From an uncultured delta proteobacterium (GTDB lineage: Bacteria; Desulfobacterota; Binatia; UBA9968), in contig CAVUZH010000022.1 in NCBI GenBank assembly GCA_963745835.1, positions 160,001-224,000 on the forward strand: a DNA stretch of 64,000 bases, given 5' to 3'. A model generated the notes under the pieces. The model made no database searches and was not told the origin of the DNA. It saw nothing but the letters and a program-made list of their open reading frames with translations. The translations under genes and the position numbers were made by a program. This document shows positions 1-10,067 of this stretch, one piece after another (within the stretch, counting starts at the first letter, position 1; each line of letters opens with the position of its first letter).

Positions 1-1
1 C

Positions 2-310
2 CCTGCCGCTGGTCATTGCGCGATTCAAGGTCCGCACCGGGGTGCCATAAAAGAAATCATGAACGCTGGCCGATTCGGCGAATTCGCCTTTGGCGGTCAT
101 CGCCACAAATCTGGCGTGGCTGATAAAATGATAATCGCGTCCATGTGCTTCTCCCGCGCGGGGCGCTCGCGTGGTGTAGGAGACGGAGAGGGAAATATCC
201 GGGAATCGTTCCAACACTTCGCTGATCACGGTAGTTTTACCCGTTCCTGAAGGCGCCGACAGAATGAAGACGACGCCTTTGCGTTTGTTGATGACCCGGT
301 TCGTTTTCAT
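2..310 (-). CDS. gmk: Guanylate kinase (5' part; runs off the window start)
   Basis: Manual translation: MKTNRVINKRKGVVFILSAPSGTGKTT...SVSYTTRAPRAGEAHGRDYHF, with the P-loop and the TTRxPRxGExxGxDYHF signature. The ATG overlaps the yicC stop (ATGA). Not in the ORF track. Confidence 0.95.
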   Translation of the reverse strand, partial: MKTNRVINKRKGVVFILSAPSGTGKTTVISEVLERFPDISLSVSYTTRAPRAGEAHGRDYHFISHARFVAMTAKGEFAESASVHDFFYGTPVRTLNRAMTSGR

Positions 311-1173
311 TCGACGTTCTGCGTCTGTTCGCGGATTTTTTCGACGCGTTCCTTTCCCTGCAGCACCAACTGAACCACGTCAAGGACAGGGACTTTCGCG
401 CTGATGGTATTGAGCTCCCGCTGAATCTCCTGGAGAATGAAATCGATCTTTTTTCCTACGGCTTCGGGCGCCCGGAGAATCGTGCCTAACGCAGCTATAT
501 GTGTTTTAAGCCGCACCACCTCCTCGTTGATGTCGCCTTTGAACACTGCACTACTGGTGTCCACGACTTCATTGCCGAGCTTGGTTGTTGCTTCGTCGCT
601 CTTTCCTGCCGCCGAGCTTTTAGTCATCGATGGAGCAAACTGATTGGCATGCTTTTCCAAGTCGCTGGCAGCGCTCTTCAAGCGCCGCAGCTGCGACTGC
701 ATATCGATCCTCAAGTGACGTCCTTCACGGATGCGGGAATCTTCGAGCTTTTGAAGCGCCGATCGGACCGCGGTAAACAGCGCTTGTTTTTCCATTCGCA
801 GATTGACTTCGGTATCGCGCACACGTAGCAGATCGGGAACGCTGGAGAAAATCGAAACTCCGATTTCACCTTCCAGGTGGAACTTGTTCTTGGCGCGCTG
901 GATCGCCTTCAGATACTTGCCGAGCAGCTCTTCGTCCAGCTCAACCTCTCGCGCATGACCCGGCGTGGACGTTCTGTTGATGAAAAGCTCGATCCGGCCG
1001 CGGCTGACGGTTTCCCGCAAGCTCTTGCGGATCTCCTCTTCGAAACCGAGATATTCGCGGGGCACTCTTAGCTGAAGATCGAGATGTCTATGATTCAAAC
1101 TTCTCACCTGGACGGTGATCTTAGCATGCTTGTCCTGATGCGAAGCTTCGCCATAGCCCGTCATGCTCTTCAT
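307..1173 (-). CDS. yicC: YicC/YloC family endoribonuclease
   Basis: N-terminal MKSMTGYG and SLNHRHLDL; C-terminal DINEEVVRL, GKKIDFILQEIQRELNTISAK and EKIREQTQNVE; usual yicC-gmk synteny. Confidence 0.92.
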   Translation of the reverse strand: MKSMTGYGEASHQDKHAKITVQVRSLNHRHLDLQLRVPREYLGFEEEIRKSLRETVSRGRIELFINRTSTPGHAREVELDEELLGKYLKAIQRAKNKFHLEGEIGVSIFSSVPDLLRVRDTEVNLRMEKQALFTAVRSALQKLEDSRIREGRHLRIDMQSQLRRLKSAASDLEKHANQFAPSMTKSSAAGKSDEATTKLGNEVVDTSSAVFKGDINEEVVRLKTHIAALGTILRAPEAVGKKIDFILQEIQRELNTISAKVPVLDVVQLVLQGKERVEKIREQTQNVE

Positions 1174-2162
1174 GGCCGGTCCTTTATGATCCGAGTGAGT
1201 CTGGCCAACGGCACTGCGACTGTGCCGACTTCATCACCGACCAAGCTAGCGGCGTGATTAGCCAGAACCGCCGCCTCTTCGTAACGGGCGCCGGCAGCCA
1301 GCGCCAGCGCGCAAACTGCCACTACTGTGTCTCCGGCTCCGGTGACGTCGAAAACCTCACGCGGTTGAGTTGGAAAATGTTGCGCAGGTTGGCGCGGCCT
1401 AAAGAGACTCATTCCTTCCGGGCCCCGGGTGATTAGAACTGCTTTTGCGCGCCACAGCTGTAGCAAGCGCTGTCCAGCCATCGTCAAGGTCTGGTCATCA
1501 CGAATGGTTACTCCCGACGCAGCGCTAGCTTCGTCTTTGTTGGGCGTTATCAAAGACGCGCGTTGATAGCGCTCATAGTTTTCCCTCTTCGGGTCGATAA
1601 CCAACCGAATTTTTTTATTTGCGGCGAGACTGGCGAGACAATTCAACAACTCTGGGTGAATGACTCCCTTACCGTAATCCGACACCAGGATTCCATCGAA
1701 GCGGCTCGCTTTCCTCATGATGAACCGGCAGATTTTCTCGAGAGTCGCATCTCTGATTGCGGCGTGATTTTCACGGTCCAAACGAACGATTTGCTGATGA
1801 CTTGGACGAGCGATGATTCGCGTTTTTTGAATGCTGTTAACCTCTCGATCGGCAAATACCCCGCTAGTGGATGCGCCAATGCGCTGGAGATCAGCGACTA
1901 ACGTTTTACCCGCCCCGTCCGCGCCCACCACCCCACACGCGGACACCTGTGCCCCCAAACTTCTGACGTTGTGGACCACATTGGCAGCGCCACCCAGGCG
2001 CGAACTTTCTGAACATACCCGCAGTACCGGCACCGGCGCTTCGGGAGAAAGCCTCTCAACCTCGCCCCAAATGAAGCGATCGAGCATGAGATCGCCGACC
2101 ACAAGTAAATGTACTTTGCGAAAATTGTTTAAGATCTCCGCTAATCGCTTGCTGTCAAACAT
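1170..2162 (-). CDS. rfaE1: D-glycero-beta-D-manno-heptose-7-phosphate kinase (stand-alone RfaE/HldE domain I)
   Basis: VVGDLMLDRF, RLSPEAPVPV, GGAANV, SDYGKG, DVTGAGDTV. No adenylyltransferase domain is fused. Confidence 0.93.
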   Translation of the reverse strand: MFDSKRLAEILNNFRKVHLLVVGDLMLDRFIWGEVERLSPEAPVPVLRVCSESSRLGGAANVVHNVRSLGAQVSACGVVGADGAGKTLVADLQRIGASTSGVFADREVNSIQKTRIIARPSHQQIVRLDRENHAAIRDATLEKICRFIMRKASRFDGILVSDYGKGVIHPELLNCLASLAANKKIRLVIDPKRENYERYQRASLITPNKDEASAASGVTIRDDQTLTMAGQRLLQLWRAKAVLITRGPEGMSLFRPRQPAQHFPTQPREVFDVTGAGDTVVAVCALALAAGARYEEAAVLANHAASLVGDEVGTVAVPLARLTRIIKDRP

Positions 2163-2184
2163 GGAGGGTCTCTCTCCGACACCT

Positions 2185-3288
2185 TTATGCCGTGCCGTCG
2201 AGCAATGCGTAGTAAAAGGCTTCGTTCTGGCTTGCCATCTGCTCGATGGTGAAATGACTCAAAACCCGCGCTGCCCCTTTCCGTCCCATTGCTCGGGCCA
2301 TGGAGGGATCGGCAACCAGTCTTTCGATAGCATCCGCAAGCGCAACGCCATCTCGGGGCGGCACTAAGAATCCGGTCTCGCCATCGACAATCGATTCGGC
2401 CAGGCCGCCGACCCGAGTTGCTATCACCGGCTTTCCCGCAGCCATTGCTTCAAGCGCCGCCACGCCTAAGCCTTCATACAATGAAGGCAGCACCAGAAGG
2501 TCGATTGAAGACAAAAATTTCGGAACATCTTTAACGAAGCCAACAAAAGATACTTCCTCTCGCAATCCTAATGTCTGCACCATCCTTTGAAGCTGACTTT
2601 TTTGAGAGCCGTCTCCGGCGAATACATATCGAATTCTTCGACCGCGATCTTTAAGCACTCGCGCCGCATCCAACAAGAACCGATGTCCTTTTCGCTCTTC
2701 CAAAACCGCAAGCACTGCAATGACTGCTGAACCGTTGGCGCGCTGCTCGTCACTTGGCAGTTCTCTGAACGGCTGTGGATCGATGCCGCTGTAGATCAAA
2801 CGAATGGAGCGACCACTGACACCGGCCTCCGACAAACAATCCAGAACCGAACGAGAAATGGCGACAACACCATCTACCCGGCGATTATAAAGGTACCGAG
2901 TGTAGTGATTTTTGGGCTCGGGATAATCCATGCGTCGCGTCACAATGTACTTCGGCCTGCGCTCGCCTCGAGGCAGCCACAAAGAGAGCGCATGCGCTCT
3001 CTTTGTGTGGAAATGGACGATGTCGTATCTTTCCTGCCGAATGAGACGCCGGAGCGCGGGAACTGCTCTTATATCCAGATCGTTGCGGACGGTAAGAGGA
3101 ATTTTTCGGACGCCCGTGATAGAGCGCCGAAATAACTCACCATCAGCAGGCGTCGCAAGATCATTGCGGTGGCCCCACTGCGAAAGATTTTGCAGAAGAC
3201 CGACCACCTGCGCCTCCCCACCTCCCCAATTTTTTTCAGGATCGATGTGCAGAATTTTTAGCAAGCGGCTATGACCGCTTCCGCCCAA
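2185..3288 (-). CDS. GT4 family glycosyltransferase (LPS core)
   Basis: WGGGEAQV, HFHT, KGH, PSLYEGLGVAALEAMAAGKPVIATRVGG. The true start may be a few codons downstream. Confidence 0.9.
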   Translation of the reverse strand: MGGSGHSRLLKILHIDPEKNWGGGEAQVVGLLQNLSQWGHRNDLATPADGELFRRSITGVRKIPLTVRNDLDIRAVPALRRLIRQERYDIVHFHTKRAHALSLWLPRGERRPKYIVTRRMDYPEPKNHYTRYLYNRRVDGVVAISRSVLDCLSEAGVSGRSIRLIYSGIDPQPFRELPSDEQRANGSAVIAVLAVLEERKGHRFLLDAARVLKDRGRRIRYVFAGDGSQKSQLQRMVQTLGLREEVSFVGFVKDVPKFLSSIDLLVLPSLYEGLGVAALEAMAAGKPVIATRVGGLAESIVDGETGFLVPPRDGVALADAIERLVADPSMARAMGRKGAARVLSHFTIEQMASQNEAFYYALLDGTA

Positions 3289-4108
3289 CTTCCTTTTTCT
3301 CCTTCAGCTCAAGTTCCCAGAGCTTAGCATACTTCAAAAAGACGTACATGGCGGCAGTGACGGCCACATGAAAGCCGGCAAAGCCTTCCATGAAACCTCG
3401 CTTTAAGAAGTAAGAACGAAAGAATCTGAATGCCGGCCGTAGCAAGGCATCGCTCAACCGCCATCGTTGATCTTGCTTGCGGAGTTCCTCGGATGAAATG
3501 GATGTGTATCGATTGATCCGTTGGATATGGTCATCGATATCCCGGTAGGAAAAATGATGCAGTGGGTTTTGCAGGCGGCGCACCGGCCCGTCGACGATTA
3601 TTTTTTCATGGGGATCGGTCCCGCCCCACGTGGCGAAGTCCCTGCGAAACAATCGCACATCATAATCCGGATACCAACCGCCGCGCCGCCACCAGCGGTC
3701 TAGGTAAAACACCAGCCGGGGCACAAGATAACCCGCGTATTTCGCGCCGTCGGTCCTCAATGCTTCACGAATCTCCGTTTGTAGCGCAGCCGTAACCTCT
3801 TCATCGGAATCTACCATCAAGACCCAGTCTTTACTCGTTTGAGAGTGCGCAAATTGCTTCTGATCACGATAACCAGTCCACTTTCGTTGGATAACGATGT
3901 CAGTAAACTGGCGACAAATCTCGAGGGTTCGATCAGTACTGAAAGAATCGACGACAACAATTTCATCGCACCACTTAATGCTTTCCAGACACCGACCAAT
4001 ATTCTCTTCCTCATTGAAGGAGACCACGATTGCTGACACTGGCAATTTCACGGGGAGAAGCTTTCTTAACGAACCGGAGCGAAACTGCGACCTATTTTCA
4101 GGGTTCAC
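3269..4108 (-). CDS. GT2 glycosyltransferase, WaaE/KdtX-like beta-1,4-glucosyltransferase
   Basis: SFNEE, VVDSFSTDRT, DSDE, GGWYPD, RLFRR, HE, and GFMEGFAGF...KYAKLWE. Confidence 0.88.
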   Translation of the reverse strand: MNPENRSQFRSGSLRKLLPVKLPVSAIVVSFNEEENIGRCLESIKWCDEIVVVDSFSTDRTLEICRQFTDIVIQRKWTGYRDQKQFAHSQTSKDWVLMVDSDEEVTAALQTEIREALRTDGAKYAGYLVPRLVFYLDRWWRRGGWYPDYDVRLFRRDFATWGGTDPHEKIIVDGPVRRLQNPLHHFSYRDIDDHIQRINRYTSISSEELRKQDQRWRLSDALLRPAFRFFRSYFLKRGFMEGFAGFHVAVTAAMYVFLKYAKLWELELKEKKEVGRKRS

Positions 4109-4205
4109 TCGTCATAACTACAGTGAATGGAGCGAGCCCGCGCATAAACGCGAGCTGGTCCTCCGGGCCACTTATGATTCTGCTCCGTTCCATTTTAGCC
4201 GTCGG

Positions 4206-5084
4206 TCATTTCCATTGAAACTTGTAGAACCAGTACTTCACGGAAAGTGGATATAGGGACACAGCTTTTTCAATCGCCTGGAAGGCGTTCCGATAGAGAC
4301 CGCGCTTCCTACGTTCCTTTGCCAGTCGGTAATATCGATAGGCGATACGGCGGGCGACCTTTTGGCCTCCCAGCAATTTTCTTGCATCAGGATAATTCTT
4401 TAACAGCTTTTCAATCACGCGAATATTTTCGGTCAACCGAAGATCTTCGTTCCTTCCGTCATTGCCGTCGTGCTTACGATAGTCGAACACTGTTTCGTCT
4501 ATGTAACCAACCGGGAAAGTCATCAGAAGCCGGAAAGATAAATCGAGATCCATGCAGATTCTAAGCGACTCGTCATGCCCGCCGATTTCTTCATAAGCAG
4601 ATTTCGAAATCAGGGATGCTTGCAGTCGAACGATGCTTTTCTCAAACAAGTCTTGGAGGTTGACTCCGTCGCGGCCGAGACGTCGGGATTTTCGGACCGG
4701 AATGGTCGTGTCACGCCCATGGTTCGGCCGGCCCAAGTAGGCGCCGTTCGCAAAAACCATCCGGCAATCGGGCTGCGCCGCAACATAAGCGAACAGAACC
4801 TCTAAATGATTCGGCGGAATCTTGAATAGCTATCCATTCTCCGCGCGCGTGACGGACTCCCAAATTTCGAGCAGCCGAAGGCCCGCGGTTTTCCTGACAG
4901 TAAAAGCGCAACCGATCACCATACCGGCGCAAGAGCTCTCGCGTATTATCAGTGGAACCATCATCGACGACGATCAACTCGAAGTCTCGAAATTTTGTGA
5001 GAGAACGCTGTCGATGGTTTCGGCGACATAGTGGGCTCTGTTATAGGTGGCAATGATAACCGAAACAGTTGGCTGGTGGAACAT
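4206..5084 (-). pseudogene. GT2 glycosyltransferase disrupted by two frameshifts
   Basis: The ATG at 5084 gives MFHQPTVSVIIATYNRAHYVAETIDSVLSQ. A -1 shift at ~4993 leads into (F)RDFELIVVDDGSTD...ARNLG...WIAIQDS. A second shift at ~4817 leads into PNHLEVLFAYV...MVFANG...GGHDESLRICMDLDL. Confidence 0.82.
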
Positions 5085-5093
5085 TGGATTTCG

Positions 5094-6008
5094 TTAGGAA
5101 ATACCAATTTTTTTCTGAGAGTGTCGAAACTTACCTGCCAAAAAACCCCAACACTTCATTATCCGTCCTTCAGTTTTGTAGGCTTGTTGTTGCCGTCCCA
5201 TAGCCTTGTAAGCCAAATAGCGAAAGGAACTGCCGATTAGGTCCGGTAGAATCCGCAGCATCAGCGACTCCTTCCGATAGATACTTCGACTTAATCCTTT
5301 GCGATACTGAACCTGTCTATTGTAGGAACTGCCGTATCGTTCCGGGTTTAGCTCGTGATAAGTGATCGCCTTTGGCGCATACCCTATTTTGAACCCGTTT
5401 TCGCGAACGCGCCTAGAGTACTCAGTGTCCTCGCTAAACCCGGATGCGCCAGGGCCCAGCCGAGTGTCAAACAATCCGGCCTTTTCAAATACCTCACGCT
5501 TGAGTGAAATATTGGTCCCGGTAAATCCGCGAACCTCACACGATGCGTCACCATGATCGACTAGTGGAATGTTATACTCTCTCAGTCGCGTCATATCGGC
5601 CGGTTGTCCTTTGGGGTCAAGGCCAGCTAAAACCTTCCCTTGAACCGCGTCAAAAAACCCATCCTTATAAGCAGCAACATGCTCGGCGACGCAAAATCTA
5701 TCGACTGAAACGTCGTCGTCAAGTAGCAAGACCAAGCTTCCGGTTACACGTCCTAAACCGAGGTTCAATGCCCAAGATTTACCGTGTTTAAACTCGTCCA
5801 ATACTAAGATTGGAAATCTTCTATCCTCGGCCAATACTTCCATGAGAAGCTGCGACGTGGCATCCGTCGAATGATTGTTGACTACGATAATCTCTAACGG
5901 AGTTTCCTCGAGACCCGCCGATGCTTCCAAACTATCCAAGAGACGCTTCAAACTGCCTGCGCGATTATGCGTAGGAATTAAAATAGTGACTTTAGCGGAC
6001 AAGATCAC
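5094..6008 (-). CDS. GT2 family glycosyltransferase
   Basis: ILIPTHNR, IIVVNNHSTD, LLLDDD, GTNISLKREVF, GLFDTRLG, SEDTE. Confidence 0.9.
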   Translation of the reverse strand: MILSAKVTILIPTHNRAGSLKRLLDSLEASAGLEETPLEIIVVNNHSTDATSQLLMEVLAEDRRFPILVLDEFKHGKSWALNLGLGRVTGSLVLLLDDDVSVDRFCVAEHVAAYKDGFFDAVQGKVLAGLDPKGQPADMTRLREYNIPLVDHGDASCEVRGFTGTNISLKREVFEKAGLFDTRLGPGASGFSEDTEYSRRVRENGFKIGYAPKAITYHELNPERYGSSYNRQVQYRKGLSRSIYRKESLMLRILPDLIGSSFRYLAYKAMGRQQQAYKTEGRIMKCWGFLAGKFRHSQKKIGIS

Positions 6009-6178
6009 CTCGGCGGTTCAAAGCTGGCGCCTGCTTGCTTTCACAACCAAGTAATCGTCGTCCAACTGCTGGATAGAAGATGAACTGACATCAAACCGTC
6101 ATTCCAAGGCCATAGGAATTGTTGGTGATCAGTAGAGCCAGCGTCATTCCAGGAGACAAAGCCCGGCCGAACATGATC

Positions 6179-8170
6179 TTAGACTGGTTCTCTCGCGACC
6201 CGTCGTGACTTCAGATCGCGCCGCCTGCTTTGCTCAAGCACTGCGGTAACCCAGCGCCGCTTGATTGGCTTACTAGCAAAACCAGAGTCGAGATAAACTT
6301 TAAGGAAATGCATTTTCTCGGTACGACGGAGAAGACGGCCCAGAGTCTGGTTCAGCTGGACGATGTTTTTGATCTTGCGCCTGAGATTGAGCTCGGCATA
6401 TCGCCGCGTCCCTTCGAGATCGAGAAGGTAAAACAGCTCAGCATTCTTTTCGGCAACCACCATGATATTGGCGTCCTTCAGATCATTGTGGTAAACACCC
6501 TGCCGATGAAGCGCCTGGAAAGTCAGAGCCAAGCCGCTTATAAACCGCCGCCGATGCCGAAATCTGTGAGGTTGAGCGGTCGTTAGATCTTCACGCCAAT
6601 AGGCGTCGGCGGTTTTTCCACCGGCTATTTCCTCGCTGAGATAGAAGCTTTTGGTTACCACTCCCCAGCGGCGTGATTCCAGCGCCGCAATCGGCTTCGC
6701 CGTTGCAAAACCGGCGCTATGTAAAATGGCCGCGCCTCGCAAGGATCGGAAGGCGCCGGATCGGGTGAAAATCGAAAGTAACCGAGCGCGCCAGGAAAAC
6801 GCGTTGTAGCGTTTGATAAATATCCGGTAAAGCTCTCCAGAGATTTCGACTGCTACGCGCCCAACCTTGATTTTCTTCTGATCTTTAACAACGACGCATC
6901 CTTTATCGGAAAAAAACCGATCAGGATCCCAGATTAGCTCTATAATTCCCGGCTTATTGAACTTTGCATCAATCCAAACCGATGTGGCTCGATGCCGGAG
7001 CAAAACGAAGTCAGCAACATTTGCGCGGTGGCCACACCTGGAAGAGCCAACTTTGAACAAAAGATCTTCTAGTTCCCTGAAGTGATTCTGCCAGGAGAAT
7101 CGGGCCGCTACCGTTGTCGCTTCTTTGATAAGCTCCGGGTCGCCCGCATGCTCCAGGATTGCGACCAATTGGGCTTCTAATTTTACTGGATCCTCGGGAT
7201 TGTCGACAATGCCTTGGAGCAGAGCACCGCTCAGGACTTCGGCTGCTCCGACTTCGCGGCTCACCAGGACCGGCAAGCCCGACGAAAGCGCCTCGAGGAC
7301 TACATTGCCGAACGCTTCCTGCGCAGCGGGCAATGCCAGCAGATCCGCCGCAGCATAATAACTTTCAACGTCAGCTTGTCGTCCCGTAAATATGATTCGT
7401 CCCTGTCCCGCCATCTCTGCCAGTTTCCTATAGCGCGCGATGCCAGCGTCATCGCCGACCACCAACAACCAGGTCTTCTGTAATCGCTGGGATTCCCAAA
7501 TTGCAAGCAAACGATCCAGCCCCTTCCGCTGGAAGCCGCTGCCGATAAACAAGACCACCGTAGCGGTGCGCGGGATTCCCCACTGATCTCGGATTACCAC
7601 ACGCGCCTTCTCTCGGCGACTCGGCGTGAAACGAGCTGGGTCGACCCCGTTATAAATCACTCTGATCCTATGCTCCGGAATCGAGTAGGTGCGCATCAAA
7701 TCGTTTTTCACCGTGCCGGACACCGCGATGATTTCTTTGAATCCATCGACGCGGTACTGCCGGCGTTCAATTGCCAGAACGCTTTGGTGATAAATACTCA
7801 ATTTTTGCCAGGCGCGGCGACGCCAACCGCCTTCGGCGCCAAGTTGTTTTAGAAAATATCGATGGGAGCCGCCGCCGCAGCGGAGGACGTCCTGCTTGAG
7901 AATACGTCCAAAGCCAACGATGACATCACAATGTTCTGCCGCAGCGAGCCTCGATCCGCCCAGGGCAAAACTCCACAGGCGAGCGGTTCTTCCAAAAGGC
8001 ACCACCGGAACACGATGCGCGCCCACATCGGCGGGGGCTTCTACCGCAAATTCGCTGCAGAATAGATGGACCTCGTGGCCGAGATCGCGCAGCCCTTCAG
8101 CCGTTAAATAAAGGTCCCTTTCGGTTCCGCCGTTTAGATCGAGCCGTTTATGGACTAAGGCGATTTTCAA
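6179..8170 (-). CDS. Fusion of a GT4 (WaaG/RfaG-like) glycosyltransferase and an LPS kinase (Kdo/WaaP/InaA family)
   Basis: N-terminal ~375 aa: GGTER, GSGFQRKGL, EAFGNVVLEALSSGLPV. C-terminal ~280 aa: FIKRY, VYHNDLKDANI, LLDLEG, NIVQLN. Confidence 0.85.
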   Translation of the reverse strand: MKIALVHKRLDLNGGTERDLYLTAEGLRDLGHEVHLFCSEFAVEAPADVGAHRVPVVPFGRTARLWSFALGGSRLAAAEHCDVIVGFGRILKQDVLRCGGGSHRYFLKQLGAEGGWRRRAWQKLSIYHQSVLAIERRQYRVDGFKEIIAVSGTVKNDLMRTYSIPEHRIRVIYNGVDPARFTPSRREKARVVIRDQWGIPRTATVVLFIGSGFQRKGLDRLLAIWESQRLQKTWLLVVGDDAGIARYRKLAEMAGQGRIIFTGRQADVESYYAAADLLALPAAQEAFGNVVLEALSSGLPVLVSREVGAAEVLSGALLQGIVDNPEDPVKLEAQLVAILEHAGDPELIKEATTVAARFSWQNHFRELEDLLFKVGSSRCGHRANVADFVLLRHRATSVWIDAKFNKPGIIELIWDPDRFFSDKGCVVVKDQKKIKVGRVAVEISGELYRIFIKRYNAFSWRARLLSIFTRSGAFRSLRGAAILHSAGFATAKPIAALESRRWGVVTKSFYLSEEIAGGKTADAYWREDLTTAQPHRFRHRRRFISGLALTFQALHRQGVYHNDLKDANIMVVAEKNAELFYLLDLEGTRRYAELNLRRKIKNIVQLNQTLGRLLRRTEKMHFLKVYLDSGFASKPIKRRWVTAVLEQSRRRDLKSRRVAREPV

Positions 8171-8341
8171 GATTGGCAGGGTCCGGTTGGATTCCGCATC
8201 AATTACCAGCTGATGCGATCACTACAATCCCAGTGAACAGTTCTCAGACCCGCTATGCCTCTCCTTCGAAGACATGGCCGATCGGAAATAGATATATTCA
8301 TCCACGCGATCGAGGCGCCGATCGCGCCGACTCCTCGTAAG

Positions 8342-10054
8342 TCAGGTCCCGTGGCCGCGAACCAGAACAAGCCGGGCATTGCCGTCGGGACCGGTCCCAC
8401 GACTGCGCTCTATGACCGTGATTTGTGAACCGTCGGCGATATGAGTATTCAAAAAATCCTCCTCGACGATGAAGTAATCTTTGGAGTGCATCATCCTCTT
8501 CTGCAGCACTGCGACATCATCGGGAAGGATCTCAACCTTGCTTTTGCTATAGAAGATGATCGACGAGGGATCGATATCATGCGGAAATAGAATGAGGGTG
8601 TGACCGCCGGCAGCTGCCGCCGTTGCCGATTGCATAAAGTCTTTGTAACTTTCCATCCTCGCGAAATTCGGCAGAATCAAGCTGCGCGCGAAAGCAACCG
8701 CCAGCACCGAGACCAAAACCATCTGGGTCAGTGCGCTGTCGATACGGCATTGGTAAAGACTCCGGGCAATTGAAAACCAAAACGCGATCGCAGCCGCAAA
8801 TGACACGGGAACAAGCCAGCCGACATCGCGCAACGCGCTCGATACGTTTGCGATTTCGAAGGCGCGCTTCTCTTGCATCGCAACCCCGAGCGATAGAAGC
8901 ACCGCCACAACGTCCAACCCCATTAAGTAAATCGCCAGACCCGCGCCAAGAACGACTCCGATCAGAGATGCGAATACCGCCACGAACTTGAAATAGCTGG
9001 TTTTCCAAAAACCGGCGACCGTCTGATCGCGAAGCCACACCGCGACGAGCAACGCTAGCGGCGGGTAGAGAGGCAGTATGTAGGGTGGTCTCTTCCCTGC
9101 CGAAAGAGAAAAGAACACGAAAACTGTGGCAGCCCACAAACCGAGAAACAGTAAGTCCTCTCGCAGGCGAAACTGATCCGAGAAATAAGACCAGGTCATT
9201 CCCGGCAAAAACAAAGTCCAAGGCATTCCCAATGTGAAAAGGTACGGAACGAAATAGTAGAAGGGTTTTTGGTGTCCGGTTCCACCTTCACCACGGACAA
9301 AATATCGCGCGAAGTTTTCCTTGACGAACTGCAGATCGAAAAATTCGTCTCCTCCTAAGTAAAGCGCCGCCGCGTACCAAGCAACGCAGAGTACCATACC
9401 GAGGAGCAGTCCCGGATGACAAAACATGATCCGAAAGATATCCCATCTCTTTCGCAGCACCAAAAAAAGAGCAATGACTAAACCGCAAAGAACAATGCTT
9501 ACCGGCCCTTTGGCGGTGACACTAGCGCCGGCCGTCATAAAAAACACATACCACCAGATTTCATGTTGGAGAAAGCCGCGATAGATCGAGAAAAACAGAA
9601 TCAGGGTAAGGGTGACAAAAAAGACCAGGGTCATGTCGACCCGGGCTTCGATGCCGGTGGCGTAGTACGACCAGGTTGTGGCAAGAATCAAACCGGCCCA
9701 AAGCCCTGTCTTTGGATCATATAAACGTCTGCCAAAAAAATAACAGAGAAAAACGCCAAGCGTCGCGAAAAGAGCTGAGGGAAAGCGGATGCTTGCTTCG
9801 GTCATTTCGCCGCGGAGGGCCGAAGTTCCAGCCGCAAACCAATGGAACAGCGGCGGCTTTGAAGCCATCTGGCCGGCCCTGAGAGGAAGCAACCAACGTC
9901 CTTCGAGCACGATGTCGCGAACCACGAGTGCCTCGCGCGGCTCTCCCTTATCGTGAAACGGAGTCTTGTCGAGGAAGAGCAAGAATACCAACGCGCAAAC
10001 GGTGGCCAAAAGGATCAAGTGAACGAGGGTATTGTGAGTAATCGCCTTTTTCAT
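8342..10054 (-). CDS. ArnT/PMT-like (GT-C fold) polyprenyl-phosphate-sugar-dependent glycosyltransferase
   Basis: Many transmembrane segments; GEPRE, SKPPLFHW, RFPSAL, ARVDM, AKGPV, GHQKPFYYF, KRPPYILPLYP. Confidence 0.88.
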   Translation of the reverse strand: MKKAITHNTLVHLILLATVCALVFLLFLDKTPFHDKGEPREALVVRDIVLEGRWLLPLRAGQMASKPPLFHWFAAGTSALRGEMTEASIRFPSALFATLGVFLCYFFGRRLYDPKTGLWAGLILATTWSYYATGIEARVDMTLVFFVTLTLILFFSIYRGFLQHEIWWYVFFMTAGASVTAKGPVSIVLCGLVIALFLVLRKRWDIFRIMFCHPGLLLGMVLCVAWYAAALYLGGDEFFDLQFVKENFARYFVRGEGGTGHQKPFYYFVPYLFTLGMPWTLFLPGMTWSYFSDQFRLREDLLFLGLWAATVFVFFSLSAGKRPPYILPLYPPLALLVAVWLRDQTVAGFWKTSYFKFVAVFASLIGVVLGAGLAIYLMGLDVVAVLLSLGVAMQEKRAFEIANVSSALRDVGWLVPVSFAAAIAFWFSIARSLYQCRIDSALTQMVLVSVLAVAFARSLILPNFARMESYKDFMQSATAAAAGGHTLILFPHDIDPSSIIFYSKSKVEILPDDVAVLQKRMMHSKDYFIVEEDFLNTHIADGSQITVIERSRGTGPDGNARLVLVRGHGT

Positions 10055-10067
10055 GGCCTTGTAGTGG

